From the NCBI GenBank assembly GCA_038227875.1, contig JBBRPR010000008.1, positions 128,001 through 192,000 on the forward strand: a stretch of DNA of 64,000 bases, in the 5' to 3' direction. This DNA is from Planctomycetota bacterium (GTDB taxonomy: Bacteria > Planctomycetota > SZUA-567 > H5-PLA8). Each line of letters starts with the position of its first letter. Position 1 is the stretch's first letter. A program made the position numbers and the translations under genes. The notes under the pieces were generated by a model. That model was not told where the DNA came from and did no database searches. It saw only the letters and a list, made by a program, of their open reading frames with translations. Below, one piece after another: positions 30,240-39,771 of the stretch.

Positions 30240-30410
30240 GATGGGATCGGGGATCGGGCATCTGGCATCGGTTAATGGGTAGGATCGGTTTTTAATTCGT
30301 GACCCACTGCGAGTTGGCGGCGCTTCATAGCCAACGTTCTCAACTCAAGCAAAACTTCAGACTTCGCACCAAGCACACCCCTTAACCGATGCCCGATCCC
30401 CGATCTCATC
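30240..30410. repeat. Inverted heptamer-arm cassette (GG[G/C]ATCG family) with 96-nt spacer
   Basis: Left arm 30240-30280 GATGGGATCGGGGATCGGGCATCTGGCATCGGTTAATGGGT; right arm 30377-30410 is its reverse complement minus one heptamer. Confidence 0.85.
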
Positions 30411-31119
30411 AGTTCTTATTCTCAACGGGCAGCTGAGGAGGCGGCGTCGTAGCCCCAGCCCCCGCCTTCTGCTGACGGAAGTAAAGGTACGTCGACCAGG
30501 CGATGAAACCGACGAAATGCCCGACCAGCAGCGCCACGATTTCCGGCCAGATTGCGGACTTCGGGATCGGTGTGTTCCACGGCGGGATGCGCGATCCGTC
30601 GAGCTGCGCCGGCAGCAGAAACTTCAGCGCGATGAAGGCCAGCGCGTTGAACGCCACGATAAAGCCGACCATCACGCCCACGCCGCCGGGAATCTCGCCC
30701 TTGCGCGCTTTGCGGACGCTGTGACGGCCTTCGGTTGTCATCGGGTCCTGCTTGGCCGTGCCCGCCAGGCGCGGGCGTTTGTCGTCGACCTTGCGGAGAT
30801 GATCGGCTGCCGCCGCGACGTCGGCCTTCCGCTCCTCGGCCTTCTTGGCCTGAGCGTCCGGCTTTTTTTCCGTCTCGCTTTTCGGTTCGTCTTTCGATTT
30901 CTTCTCGGACTTCTGCGAATCCCGCGAGGCTGCTTTTGGATTGGGCGACGAGGAGGACGGTTCGGAGGCCGCGGTTTTCGCGTCAGCGGGCTCGACTTTG
31001 CCGTTACCGAGGTACCGGTATTTCCGGTCGCACCACGGGCACGTCAGAACATCATTCGGCTTTTTATCGCCGACATCGAACAAAACTTGGCCGCACGCGC
31101 ACGCCGCCGGTTGGGACAT
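30409..31119 (-). CDS. Membrane protein with N-terminal zinc ribbon and two C-terminal TM helices
   Basis: CACG...CPWC; Lys/Glu-rich linker; two hydrophobic segments. Confidence 0.75.
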   Translation of the reverse strand: MSQPAACACGQVLFDVGDKKPNDVLTCPWCDRKYRYLGNGKVEPADAKTAASEPSSSSPNPKAASRDSQKSEKKSKDEPKSETEKKPDAQAKKAEERKADVAAAADHLRKVDDKRPRLAGTAKQDPMTTEGRHSVRKARKGEIPGGVGVMVGFIVAFNALAFIALKFLLPAQLDGSRIPPWNTPIPKSAIWPEIVALLVGHFVGFIAWSTYLYFRQQKAGAGATTPPPQLPVENKN

Positions 31120-31405
31120 GCGTGAGTTTCTACCACAGAGCGCGGATGGAGGAACGGATCATTTTCCATTTCCCGTTTTCCATTTCCCATCGAACGGCAT
31201 CCGCGATTCTACGCGCTCATCCGCGGCACAAAGTGAACCCGCGAGGGGTACGCGAAGCTAACAAGAACCGCATCGAAGACCACACGTCAGCAAGAAACGG
31301 TGCCGAGAAGACGGGTGCGCGATGGCGTCAGATGTCCCCGGTATTTTCTACCCATTCCAGCGCCGGCTTTGTTAAACTTCCGCGCATCTACATGAGGAAT
31401 TCGAG

Positions 31406-32404
31406 ATGAAAGCGTGTGTACTCGCAGTCGCATTTATCATCTCGGTTTCGGTGCGTGCCGAGGGTCCTCCGCCGATTGAACATATAGAATTAGTTCCGAA
31501 CAATGTCCGTATTAAACGCGAAAAGCTCGCCCGCGCCGTCCAATATCACATCAAGAATCTCGGAGATTCCGATGCCGATGTGCGGCAGTCTTCTATCGAA
31601 ATGTTGGCTGCGCTTGGAGCAACTCGGCCCACGTTTCCCGCACTGATTGCCGTGCTTGACCCGTGCCGGCACGAGCAAATAGCGGTGGAGATAGCAGCGC
31701 TGAATGCGCTGCGCAAATTGACGAACAACACGCTGGACTTCCGCGACTACGACGCTTGGAAATCGTGGTGGGACGAGGAGTCGAAATTGTCTGATGCAGC
31801 TTTTGTAACCCAAGCACTGGCGTGGAGTGGAAAGACCGATCCCCTTTTGCTGATGTATTCGTTCTGGGAGGGCCCGCTCGTGCTGGGAAGGACAGGTAAA
31901 GCGTTAAAAATAGATATTCGCGAGTCTGGAGTAACTTCGATTCTTACCTGGCCTGCCCGAGTCGTCGAATGGTCGATGTTTTCTGAAGCGGCGAATTCGA
32001 ATTGGAATACCGTCAGCCAATTCATCCTTGATGGAAGCGAAATGGATCGATTGTTGTTACTGATGAGGGGCTCAAATCTGATTCAGAATATGGAGACCAT
32101 TGAACAGGATATCGCACAGGAGATTGTATCGAGCGGCCATTTCAAGTCCGCGGATTACGATGGGGCCGTGGAGATATTAGAGGTCTCCTACAACCGCAAG
32201 TCAGCTAAAGTTCGCGAATATCAATTTCCCGAAACAGAAAAAGCCTATCCCAACGTCCCATCCGTAAAGGCCATCGGCGCGACGCTCAAAGAAATCGTGA
32301 GCTTCGTCGACAAGCACGCGCCCAAAGCCCTCGGCCAAAGCCTCGCCAAATTGCGCGGCGAAGACGCCAAATCCGAATACCTGATCTTTCCGCTGGAAAA
32401 GTAG
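31406..32404 (+). CDS. Secreted HEAT-repeat-containing hypothetical protein
   Basis: Signal peptide; LGDSDADVRQSSIEMLA; LRKLT...WKSWW; AT-richer central part. Confidence 0.7.
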   Translation: MKACVLAVAFIISVSVRAEGPPPIEHIELVPNNVRIKREKLARAVQYHIKNLGDSDADVRQSSIEMLAALGATRPTFPALIAVLDPCRHEQIAVEIAALNALRKLTNNTLDFRDYDAWKSWWDEESKLSDAAFVTQALAWSGKTDPLLLMYSFWEGPLVLGRTGKALKIDIRESGVTSILTWPARVVEWSMFSEAANSNWNTVSQFILDGSEMDRLLLLMRGSNLIQNMETIEQDIAQEIVSSGHFKSADYDGAVEILEVSYNRKSAKVREYQFPETEKAYPNVPSVKAIGATLKEIVSFVDKHAPKALGQSLAKLRGEDAKSEYLIFPLEK

Positions 32405-32409
32405 CCTCT

Positions 32410-35205
32410 CTAATTCTTCATCGCCTTCATCTTCACCACCTTCGCCGTCGCCGCCGCCGTAAACGTCAGCTGCGCCGTGAAGTTCGTGTTGTCGATCGCC
32501 AGTGAGATCGGGATCGTTACCGACTTCGCTGTCGGCGGGCCGTTGGGGAAGATCGGCGCGAGACTCAGGCTCTTCAGGCTGATCGTGAATTTCAGTGCCG
32601 TCGTCGTGAACGCATTCTTGCTCATCGCACCCGCCAGCGTCAGCGTGCGCGTGTTGTTGTTGGCCGATGCGGCGCCCGACGTATTGAGCGTAAACAACTG
32701 CGAGAACCCGCCGATGGTGAACGTCGCCGTCTTCCCGTTCGGCGCCCAGTTCTTCTCGACGGTGATGTTACCGGTCATCAGCAGTGAATCGGAATTGGCC
32801 GGGCTGCTCACCAGTTTGAACTGCAGGCTCGTGAGCTGCAGCGGCTGAGCCGGATACGTGACGGCCACCGAGAGCGTACCGCTGGCTTGTACCGTCGCGT
32901 CCTTGGCCGTGACTTTCACCGCATACGTTCCGGCCGCGCCGTAAATGTGCGTCGGCGTCGCGCCGGTGCCCGTTGAACCGTCGCCGAAATCCCAGGCGTA
33001 GGTCAGCGCGTTGCCCGCGTTGTCCTTGGCCGAGACCGTGAACGCCACCGACTGTCCGGCGCTCGCGGGATTGGGCGTCGCCATCGGCGCGGAAGCGATG
33101 GTGATCGCGTCGGCGGTGATCGTAATTTTCAGCGAGCCCGTCGTCGTCCCGCCGGCGTTCGTGGCGCTCACCGTTACCGTCGCGGTGCCGGCCGTTGTCG
33201 GTGTGCCGCTGATCTTCCCCGAATTCACATCCAGCGCGAGGCCCGCTGGCAAGCCCGTTGCCGCGAACTTCGTCGGATTGCCGCTGGCGGTGATCTGGAA
33301 CGTGAACGGCGTCCCCGTGAACGCCGCTGCCGTCGTGGCGCTGGTGAGCACCGGCGTGCTCACGTTCGCGACCGTGATCACGAGATTGGCATTGCCGGTG
33401 CCGACCACGTTGGTCGCGCCCAGCTTCACCGTCGTCACGGCGGCGGTCGTCGGCGTGCCGGAAATCACGCCGGTGGTGACGTTCACCGTCAGTCCCGCCG
33501 GCAGGCCCGTCGCGCTGAAACTCTTGGGCGACGCGTTCGCCGCAATCGTGTACGTGAACGGCACGCCGACGATCCCCGACGCCGTCAGCGGACTGGTGAT
33601 GGCCGGCACGCTGGTCGTCACCGTGCCGGTGAAATTCACGCCCCATTTATTGCCACTGGTCGCCACGCCATGATTGGACGAACCGGTCGTCGCCGATTGC
33701 GTTCCGAACGAGTACCCCGTTTTCGTCGCGATCATGCCGAACGTCGAATTCGAGGGCAGCCCCGGAAACGCGTAGATGCCGTTGGCGTTGGTCAGCGCCG
33801 TCAAGGTGTTGCTCAGCGTGATCGTTACACCGGAAATTGGCGCGCCGGAGGCATCCACCACGCGCCCGCTGACGATTTCGCCGCGCCCGCTTTTGTAGAT
33901 GTTGTAGACGCAATCGTAGATGATCGTGAACGTGTACGAAGCGTTGATCGTCGGCAGGTTGTACCAGACGTTGTCGACGCCGCCCCAACCCATGTTGACG
34001 TGGTGGTACATCGTCGACGAATTGTAGCCGTAGCCGTCGCAGACCACCGCATGTCCACCCACGTTGCCGCTGATCCCCAGCATCACCGGCAATCCCGCGT
34101 CGAGATTCGGGTTAATCATCTCCGTCAATCCATTCGAGAGCGTCAGGCCTGAGCCGCTGTAGTTCTGCCCGTCGATCGCGTTGCTGTATTTGAAAACGGT
34201 GCTCATCGCCATCGTTGACGCGTACATCGTTGCACCCGAACCACTCGAACTGTAGCTCATGTTCACCGCCAGGCCCGCGTCGTAGCAAAGCCGGCCGATC
34301 TGCTGAAACTGCGCCTGCGACGAGGTGTTGCTCGGGCTCAGCGGCATGTTGGTCCAGTCGTACGCGCCGCCGGCACCATCGCCACCCATCAGGTTCCGCG
34401 ACTGGCTCTGGTTGTTGACATAGACGTTGAACGCGCCCGTGCCGACGCCGGTGGTCGGCCACTGGTGGTAGCGGATCACCTGCGCCATCGCGGTGGCCAC
34501 GCAGCCGTCGGGATAATTCGACGCGTTGCCCGGAGTATTAAACGGCGGCGCGTAGTAGTTGTAGCAGGCCTGTCCGGCCACCGACTGCTGGTTCCAGACG
34601 CTCTGTATCAACGGCGCAACATACGACGTCGAGACCGAACCGACGCCGCGCGTGACCACGTTGGCCTGGTAGTGCGCCCACTTCTGAGCCGGCACCGAGA
34701 CGCCGCGCGCTCCGACACCCGGCGCGCGCGCCGCTTTCACGCGCTGTGTCAGATCGGCATCCGCCAGCGCGCCCAGCGGCGTGGCGTGATCGGCGCTGTA
34801 CGTTCCCGTCCCGACAAACGCGACAATCGGCTCGACTTCGTCGTCGCCCGCGACAATCACAAATCCCGTCGGCCTTAAGTTAACGACGAAATACGCCGGT
34901 GTCCCGTCCGCGGCGTTAAAGGTGTCGACCTTCCCCGACACCCGAGCCGCGCCGAAGGGCATCGCACCATTGCTCTCGTTCAGCCACGCATTGGTTACCG
35001 TCAGCGCCTGCTGCGCCGTCGTCGCCGCCGCCCACGTGCGATTCATCAAACACGAGCAGAATAAAATCGCGCAGACCGGAACGATCAGGAAACGCCGACC
35101 GTCCGAGAAGCCGGAAGCCGACCGAGATGTGGCCGGAGTAACTTTCCGTAGCGTGTCTTGAGAGATGGACAGCAAACCGTTCCGGTTCAGATTTTCATAG
35201 GACAT
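32410..35205 (-). CDS. Peptidase C10 (streptopain family) with Spi-like prodomain, carboxypeptidase-regulatory-like, Ig (He_PIG) and PKD domains
   Basis: GGAGG RBS; GFVIVAGDD prodomain; GCVATAMAQ (Cys), GHAVVCDGY (His), HVNMGWGG; two ATGLPAGL...GVISGTPT repeats; YAWDFGDG PKD. Confidence 0.92.
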   Translation of the reverse strand: MSYENLNRNGLLSISQDTLRKVTPATSRSASGFSDGRRFLIVPVCAILFCSCLMNRTWAAATTAQQALTVTNAWLNESNGAMPFGAARVSGKVDTFNAADGTPAYFVVNLRPTGFVIVAGDDEVEPIVAFVGTGTYSADHATPLGALADADLTQRVKAARAPGVGARGVSVPAQKWAHYQANVVTRGVGSVSTSYVAPLIQSVWNQQSVAGQACYNYYAPPFNTPGNASNYPDGCVATAMAQVIRYHQWPTTGVGTGAFNVYVNNQSQSRNLMGGDGAGGAYDWTNMPLSPSNTSSQAQFQQIGRLCYDAGLAVNMSYSSSGSGATMYASTMAMSTVFKYSNAIDGQNYSGSGLTLSNGLTEMINPNLDAGLPVMLGISGNVGGHAVVCDGYGYNSSTMYHHVNMGWGGVDNVWYNLPTINASYTFTIIYDCVYNIYKSGRGEIVSGRVVDASGAPISGVTITLSNTLTALTNANGIYAFPGLPSNSTFGMIATKTGYSFGTQSATTGSSNHGVATSGNKWGVNFTGTVTTSVPAITSPLTASGIVGVPFTYTIAANASPKSFSATGLPAGLTVNVTTGVISGTPTTAAVTTVKLGATNVVGTGNANLVITVANVSTPVLTSATTAAAFTGTPFTFQITASGNPTKFAATGLPAGLALDVNSGKISGTPTTAGTATVTVSATNAGGTTTGSLKITITADAITIASAPMATPNPASAGQSVAFTVSAKDNAGNALTYAWDFGDGSTGTGATPTHIYGAAGTYAVKVTAKDATVQASGTLSVAVTYPAQPLQLTSLQFKLVSSPANSDSLLMTGNITVEKNWAPNGKTATFTIGGFSQLFTLNTSGAASANNNTRTLTLAGAMSKNAFTTTALKFTISLKSLSLAPIFPNGPPTAKSVTIPISLAIDNTNFTAQLTFTAAATAKVVKMKAMKN

Positions 35206-35344
35206 GATCGCATTTCCTCCGGGCCTTCATCGGCCACGGAGGAAGTACATTGCGAGCCCTATGCCACATTGTGCGCGAAGAGGATCGTACGATTTCTCAG
35301 TTCTCGGAAGACATGACCAGTGGTAGCAGCCCCACCCATCTGCA

Positions 35345-35388
35345 ACACAACTCAAAACTAAAAACTCAACACTAAAAACTCAACACTA
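35345..35388. repeat. Heptamer tandem repeat (CAAAACT family), single arm
   Basis: acacaactcaaaactaaaaactcaacactaaaaactcaacact just past the C1 peptidase stop. Confidence 0.8.
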
Positions 35389-35393
35389 CTTTC

Positions 35394-36824
35394 TCATCCC
35401 GTCACCGGCACAATCGCCACCATCTCCGGCTCCGATTCACCCAGAACTTTATGCGGAATGTAGCAGTAGCCCTGGTCGCCCCAATCCGTGCCCCACGAAT
35501 TTTTGACGATATAGAAATTGCCGCGGTAACCCACGATCAGCATCGCGTGGCAGCCGTGCTCGCCGCTGGGTTCTTCCGCCGAGACGAACATGCCGTCGCG
35601 GCCCAGGTTCGAAAAATTCGTCCCGGTATTCATCGAGACCTGCACCGGGCAGCCGGCGCTCAGCACCTTCTTCAAGTCGTCGAGCACAATCGGGACGAGC
35701 TTCGCCTGCAGGCGGTGTTGCGGCGCGTCCTTGGCCAGCACCGTCTCGCCGGCGACCGGACGCTTCTGATCGTCGGGCCAGTAGCGCTTGTGGCACGTGC
35801 CTTGTTCGATCAACACCATGCCCGGCCGCACGCCGCCGATGGTACCGTCGCCACCTTTGTAGGCGTAGATCGGATCGCGGAAGTCGCCCTGCATCTTCTG
35901 GAATTCCAGCATCGTGTACGTGCACGACAGCGGCGCTGAGGGCCGCCCGAGAATATTGTCGACCAGCTCCGTCGCGTGCGTCCACGCGAACGCCGCGCAG
36001 CGCGATGTCTGTCCCTGGTCGCCGACCGGCGTGCAGTACTTCCGCAAGTCCACGGCTTCGCGCGGTTCGACATCCAGCGCCGGGGGCAGGGGAGGGATCG
36101 GCGCGTCGGGCGCCTGTGGATCGTTCTTGCGCAGCACGGTCAGATGCAGCCGCGAGAAATCCGCGTCGGGGTAGAGCTCCAGCAATTCCTCAAAGACGGT
36201 GCCGATCACAAACCCAACCGGCGCCAGCTGATCGTCCTTCTCGACAAAATTCACCGTCTGGTCCGCCGACGGCACGAGATTCACAAACGCGTCGAGCACC
36301 TCTTCGTCGGTGACTTCCGTGTAGCCTTCGTCGGCCAGCCGCGTGACGATGTCGTCGCCGTAAAATTCGTGTTCGCCAAAGAGCCGGTCGGCCGATTCCG
36401 CGTAATCGTCCTCCGTCCAATCGCCCTCGTCGTCTTCGAAGTCCTGCTCCTCCGCGTTCTGAAAATCGTCGACCGTCGCATACACGTCGTCATCGACGCC
36501 CGCGAGTTCATCCTCGTCGACGTCCGCATCCGGCCCCGCGACACCAGCGCTCTTCGCCGCCGTATCTTCTTCCGCGTCCTCTTCATCCTGATCCGCGTCG
36601 TCGGCCTCTTCTTCGAGTTCCTCGTCTTCAGCCTCGTCGGAGTCCTCTTCGACGTCGTCCTCGTCCGCCGCGTCGTCGTCTTCCTCCTCTTCTTCATCGT
36701 CCGCGTCCTCCTCCGCATCGTCATCGGAGTCATCCGCGTCGCTCTCGTCGTCATCATCTGCCATCAGGAAGAAATCCGGGAACTCGTCGGCCTCATCGGG
36801 CGTGCTCAAATAGCAAGACATCAT
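35394..36824 (-). CDS. Papain-family (C1) cysteine peptidase with long Asp/Glu-rich N-terminus
   Basis: VDLRK..TPVGDQGQTSRCAAFA (Gln, Cys), HAMLIVGY (His), KNSWGTDWG (Asn); AGGAG RBS. Confidence 0.9.
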   Translation of the reverse strand: MMSCYLSTPDEADEFPDFFLMADDDDESDADDSDDDAEEDADDEEEEEDDDAADEDDVEEDSDEAEDEELEEEADDADQDEEDAEEDTAAKSAGVAGPDADVDEDELAGVDDDVYATVDDFQNAEEQDFEDDEGDWTEDDYAESADRLFGEHEFYGDDIVTRLADEGYTEVTDEEVLDAFVNLVPSADQTVNFVEKDDQLAPVGFVIGTVFEELLELYPDADFSRLHLTVLRKNDPQAPDAPIPPLPPALDVEPREAVDLRKYCTPVGDQGQTSRCAAFAWTHATELVDNILGRPSAPLSCTYTMLEFQKMQGDFRDPIYAYKGGDGTIGGVRPGMVLIEQGTCHKRYWPDDQKRPVAGETVLAKDAPQHRLQAKLVPIVLDDLKKVLSAGCPVQVSMNTGTNFSNLGRDGMFVSAEEPSGEHGCHAMLIVGYRGNFYIVKNSWGTDWGDQGYCYIPHKVLGESEPEMVAIVPVTG

Positions 36825-37086
36825 CGCAACTCCTGATTCCAGTCAAAGACGCAAGTGATAACGACCCCCGATAGTTAATCGCGAGTGGTGCCGCTTCCAA
36901 GCGCCTTTTCCACCGAGCGTGTAGTCCGCGCAGCCTCGTAGTCCGGGCGTGCCACCCGGTCAACGACGGACGCGCAACTCAACCCCGAACCGCATCAATG
37001 TAAACGCGCGGGCAATCCTTGCCGCCCCGAATTGTTGAGAATGATGACTCGACACCAAAGTTTCAATATTTATCAAATTCCATCTC

Positions 37087-37114
37087 TTGACAAACCCATT
37101 TCAAGGTCTATAGT
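37087..37114 (+). promoter_or_regulatory. sigma70-like promoter with no downstream sense CDS
   Basis: TTGACA (37087) - 16 nt - TATAGT (37109), with AT-rich upstream sequence. Confidence 0.6.
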
Positions 37115-37260
37115 AAATATCTGGTAGTTTCAAGCTCTCTGACAACCGCATAGGTCTGAGAAGATCGCCAGAATGAGGTGTGGCGTGACCGGATCGCACT
37201 CCGTCCGCACCACGCCGTACCACAACACTGTTGTACCGGAAAACGCCAAGACCCCCGTTT

Positions 37261-37347
37261 CATGTAACATTTTGTAACATTTTGTAACATCGCCCTATGA
37301 AGACCGCGTTGTACTTCACACGGTGCAAACAACCTAAATGTTACATG
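37261..37347. repeat. Three 10-bp-period direct repeats (TGTAACAT) plus one inverted copy
   Basis: catgtaacat tttgtaacat tttgtaacat (37261-37290); aaatgttacatg (37336-37347) is the reverse complement of 37261-37272. Confidence 0.8.
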
Positions 37348-37372
37348 CGGCAGTGCCGCAGCCGCGGCGACT

Positions 37373-37402
37373 AGACCTTTGTGCCCAAAGGCACAAAGGT
37401 CT
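37373..37402. terminator. Perfect 13-bp hairpin at the end of the convergent lyase gene
   Basis: AGACCTTTGTGCC-CAAA-GGCACAAAGGTCT; no clear U-tract on either strand. Confidence 0.5.
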
Positions 37403-37415
37403 GGCTTCGGTACGA

Positions 37416-39410
37416 CTACACGGGGAGCGAAAGCTGGGCGCGGTAGTTGGAATCGTTGTACCACGGCTGGCGCTGAGGGTAGTTGGCGGGCGTGCGGCCG
37501 GGGACGGCATCCGCTTTGTAGATCCAGATTTCGTCGTGGTCCCAGGTCAGGATCTCGTCGATGCCATCGCCGTCCAGGTCGCGGGCGTCGGAGCAGAGCA
37601 CAGGGTGGCCATCATCGGGGAACATCACCACGCGCTGCCCGCGGCCGTCGATCAGGCCGCCCTGCCGCGGGTGCGTGGAGAGCAGCACCAGATCGCCGGG
37701 TTGCTGGCCAGCACTAAGAGGGACCCAGTTGACCGGCTGCATCAAACAGGCGTAGGGCATCGGTTCGAATTCGTGGAGCATCGTGCCGCGTTCGTCGAAG
37801 ACGGCGGTGATCCCGGCCGGGCCCCAGAAGGTCATGGTCATGATTTCAATGCCCGGGCGTTCGGGGAGCAGATTGGCGGCGCAGAATCCCTGCGCATGTC
37901 CGATGGGATAATGGGTGCGGACGCGGCCTTCCAGATCGAGAATAAAGAAGCCCGCGTCGCTGCCGGCGATGACCACGCGCGGTTGCGCTTCGCCTTTAGG
38001 TCCGTCGGGCCCGTCGTGAAGATCGATGAAGGCGATGTTGTCGGCGTGTTCTTTGTAGCTCACCGACCACATCGGGCGGCCGTTGTGGTCGAGCTGATAG
38101 TAGCCCAGCGCGATTTCGTCTTTGCCGTCGCCGTCAATATCGCGGGCGTGCGGGAAGTGGCCGAGGTTCCCGGAGAACTGCCACAGTTCGTTCAGGTTCT
38201 TGTCGTACGCCCACGCGTTTTTGTAGCGGTCTTTAAGGATGATCGAATCGTCGCGGCCGCTGCCGGTGAGATCGCAGAAGAAAATCGAATCGCCCATGAT
38301 GCGGTAGAGATCGCGCGGCCAGCGGTCTTTCAGGACGGGGCGGGGGAGCGTCAGGCGCTGCCGGACTTTCGTGGTCGCGCCGTCGGAGACCCGAAATTCG
38401 AAATCCTGGCAATGGAAGAGTTCAGCCTTGCCGTCGCCGTCGATGTCGTGGAGCTGGAAGCAGAGATCGGCGGTGACCGGCAAGTGGCGGATGCCGGGTT
38501 CGCCGATCGTCCACATCTGTTCGCCGGACAGTTTGTACGCGGCGAGGCTGGTGATCGACGGGTAGTTGTCGCCGCCCAGCCGTTCGGTGCGGCGCGCGAG
38601 CACGATTTCAGGCTCGCCGTCGCCGTCGAGATCGCCGACGCGCAGGTTGCGGTCGGTGCCCCAGCCGGGCGTCTTGATTTTCTTCCAGAGGACAGCTTTG
38701 GGGTGGCGGGCGCGCGCGGATTTCTCAACGTTCTGTTCGCGTTCGAAGTCGCGGATCGATTCTTCGGCCGCGTGGCTGGGCGCCGTAACGCGCAGATCGC
38801 GGAAGCGTGTGACGTCGTTGGCGGCAAAGGCGAAGCAGCCGGTGGAGAAGGCTCCGGCCGATTCATCGGCGCAGGAGATGGCCCGGACGCCGTCGATGTC
38901 GACGACAATCTTCGCGCCAAGGCAGTCGATGCGCACGGCTGTGTAGCGATCGGGATCGAGCGTCGCCGGCGCAGTGCCGAGAACGGTATCCGTATCGTTG
39001 TCGCGGCGGATGACGCTGGCGATCCCGTCGCAGAAGGTCAGCGCATAAAAGCGGCGCCCGTGGCGGTAGCGAAAGACGATGGCGCGCCAGCGTTCAGTGG
39101 TGAAGGGACGGAGCTGTGCCTCAAGGCACACGTCGCGCCAAATCGGTTGTCCCGCCGCGAGCATCGGCTGCCATTGTTCCGGCGCGATGGTCTGTTCGAG
39201 CACGTGGCGCCCGTCGGCTTCAAGGACAACTTGCCAGTTGCCATGACTGATCGCCGCGTAGGAATGGTGGAGCACCGTCTCGCGCCAGCGCCCGCTCTCA
39301 GCAAGCGCCGGAACAACATGGTATTCCCCCGCCGGCGAGTAATCCCCCGCGATCACGCCAACGGGAAGCGACGAGAAATCTTCTTCGAAGATGACCACGC
39401 GGGGGTTCAT
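37416..39410 (-). CDS. Rhamnogalacturonan lyase (PL11/YesW)-like beta-propeller with N-terminal lectin-like domain
   Basis: Repeated DLDGDGEPEI/DIDGDGKAEL/DIDGDGKDEI Ca-loops, ILKDRY, GHF, EHAD, GHAQ; start reassigned to ATG 39410 because the upstream extension lies in a palindromic repeat. Confidence 0.7.
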   Translation of the reverse strand: MNPRVVIFEEDFSSLPVGVIAGDYSPAGEYHVVPALAESGRWRETVLHHSYAAISHGNWQVVLEADGRHVLEQTIAPEQWQPMLAAGQPIWRDVCLEAQLRPFTTERWRAIVFRYRHGRRFYALTFCDGIASVIRRDNDTDTVLGTAPATLDPDRYTAVRIDCLGAKIVVDIDGVRAISCADESAGAFSTGCFAFAANDVTRFRDLRVTAPSHAAEESIRDFEREQNVEKSARARHPKAVLWKKIKTPGWGTDRNLRVGDLDGDGEPEIVLARRTERLGGDNYPSITSLAAYKLSGEQMWTIGEPGIRHLPVTADLCFQLHDIDGDGKAELFHCQDFEFRVSDGATTKVRQRLTLPRPVLKDRWPRDLYRIMGDSIFFCDLTGSGRDDSIILKDRYKNAWAYDKNLNELWQFSGNLGHFPHARDIDGDGKDEIALGYYQLDHNGRPMWSVSYKEHADNIAFIDLHDGPDGPKGEAQPRVVIAGSDAGFFILDLEGRVRTHYPIGHAQGFCAANLLPERPGIEIMTMTFWGPAGITAVFDERGTMLHEFEPMPYACLMQPVNWVPLSAGQQPGDLVLLSTHPRQGGLIDGRGQRVVMFPDDGHPVLCSDARDLDGDGIDEILTWDHDEIWIYKADAVPGRTPANYPQRQPWYNDSNYRAQLSLPV

Positions 39411-39463
39411 GGAGGAAGTATAGGGAAAACGGGCAGCGCGCGCAAAACTAAACCGGGTCAGCT

Positions 39464-39676
39464 GAAGGGACAATGGAGCATAGCCGGGGGCCGGCCTGAA
39501 AGGCCGAGCCCCCGGACACGATTTGCACAGGAGATTTTGCGCCCTGACGGGGCGCTGGATGATTGTCGGGTTGAGGCGCGGCGTCCGGCGCCCCTTCAGG
39601 GCGCTGTCGCGCAAGGGAATTGTTCCGGGGGCTCGGCCCTTCAGGCCGGCCCCCGGCTAAGCTCCGTTGTCCCTTC
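39464..39676. repeat. Long REP-like inverted-repeat element
   Basis: 53-nt outer arms (39464-39516 / 39624-39676, 3 mismatches) and 21-nt inner arms (39539-39559 / 39584-39604, 2 mismatches). Confidence 0.88.
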
Positions 39677-39771
39677 GGGACACGTACGGCATGCGTAGCA
39701 GGAAGCGTCTCCGAAATCGGAAGTTTAATTCGTTAGCGTGCGAATTTCTTTGGCGCTAAAATCGTTGTTCT

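Noticed and set aside
37108..37464. 118-aa minus-strand ORF in the intergenic region
   Set aside because: Crosses repeats and hairpins, overlaps the lyase end, no RBS or motifs
39411..39614. N-terminal extension of the lyase in the ORF track
   Set aside because: Lies within the palindromic element; ATG 39410 has a -10 box 6 nt upstream
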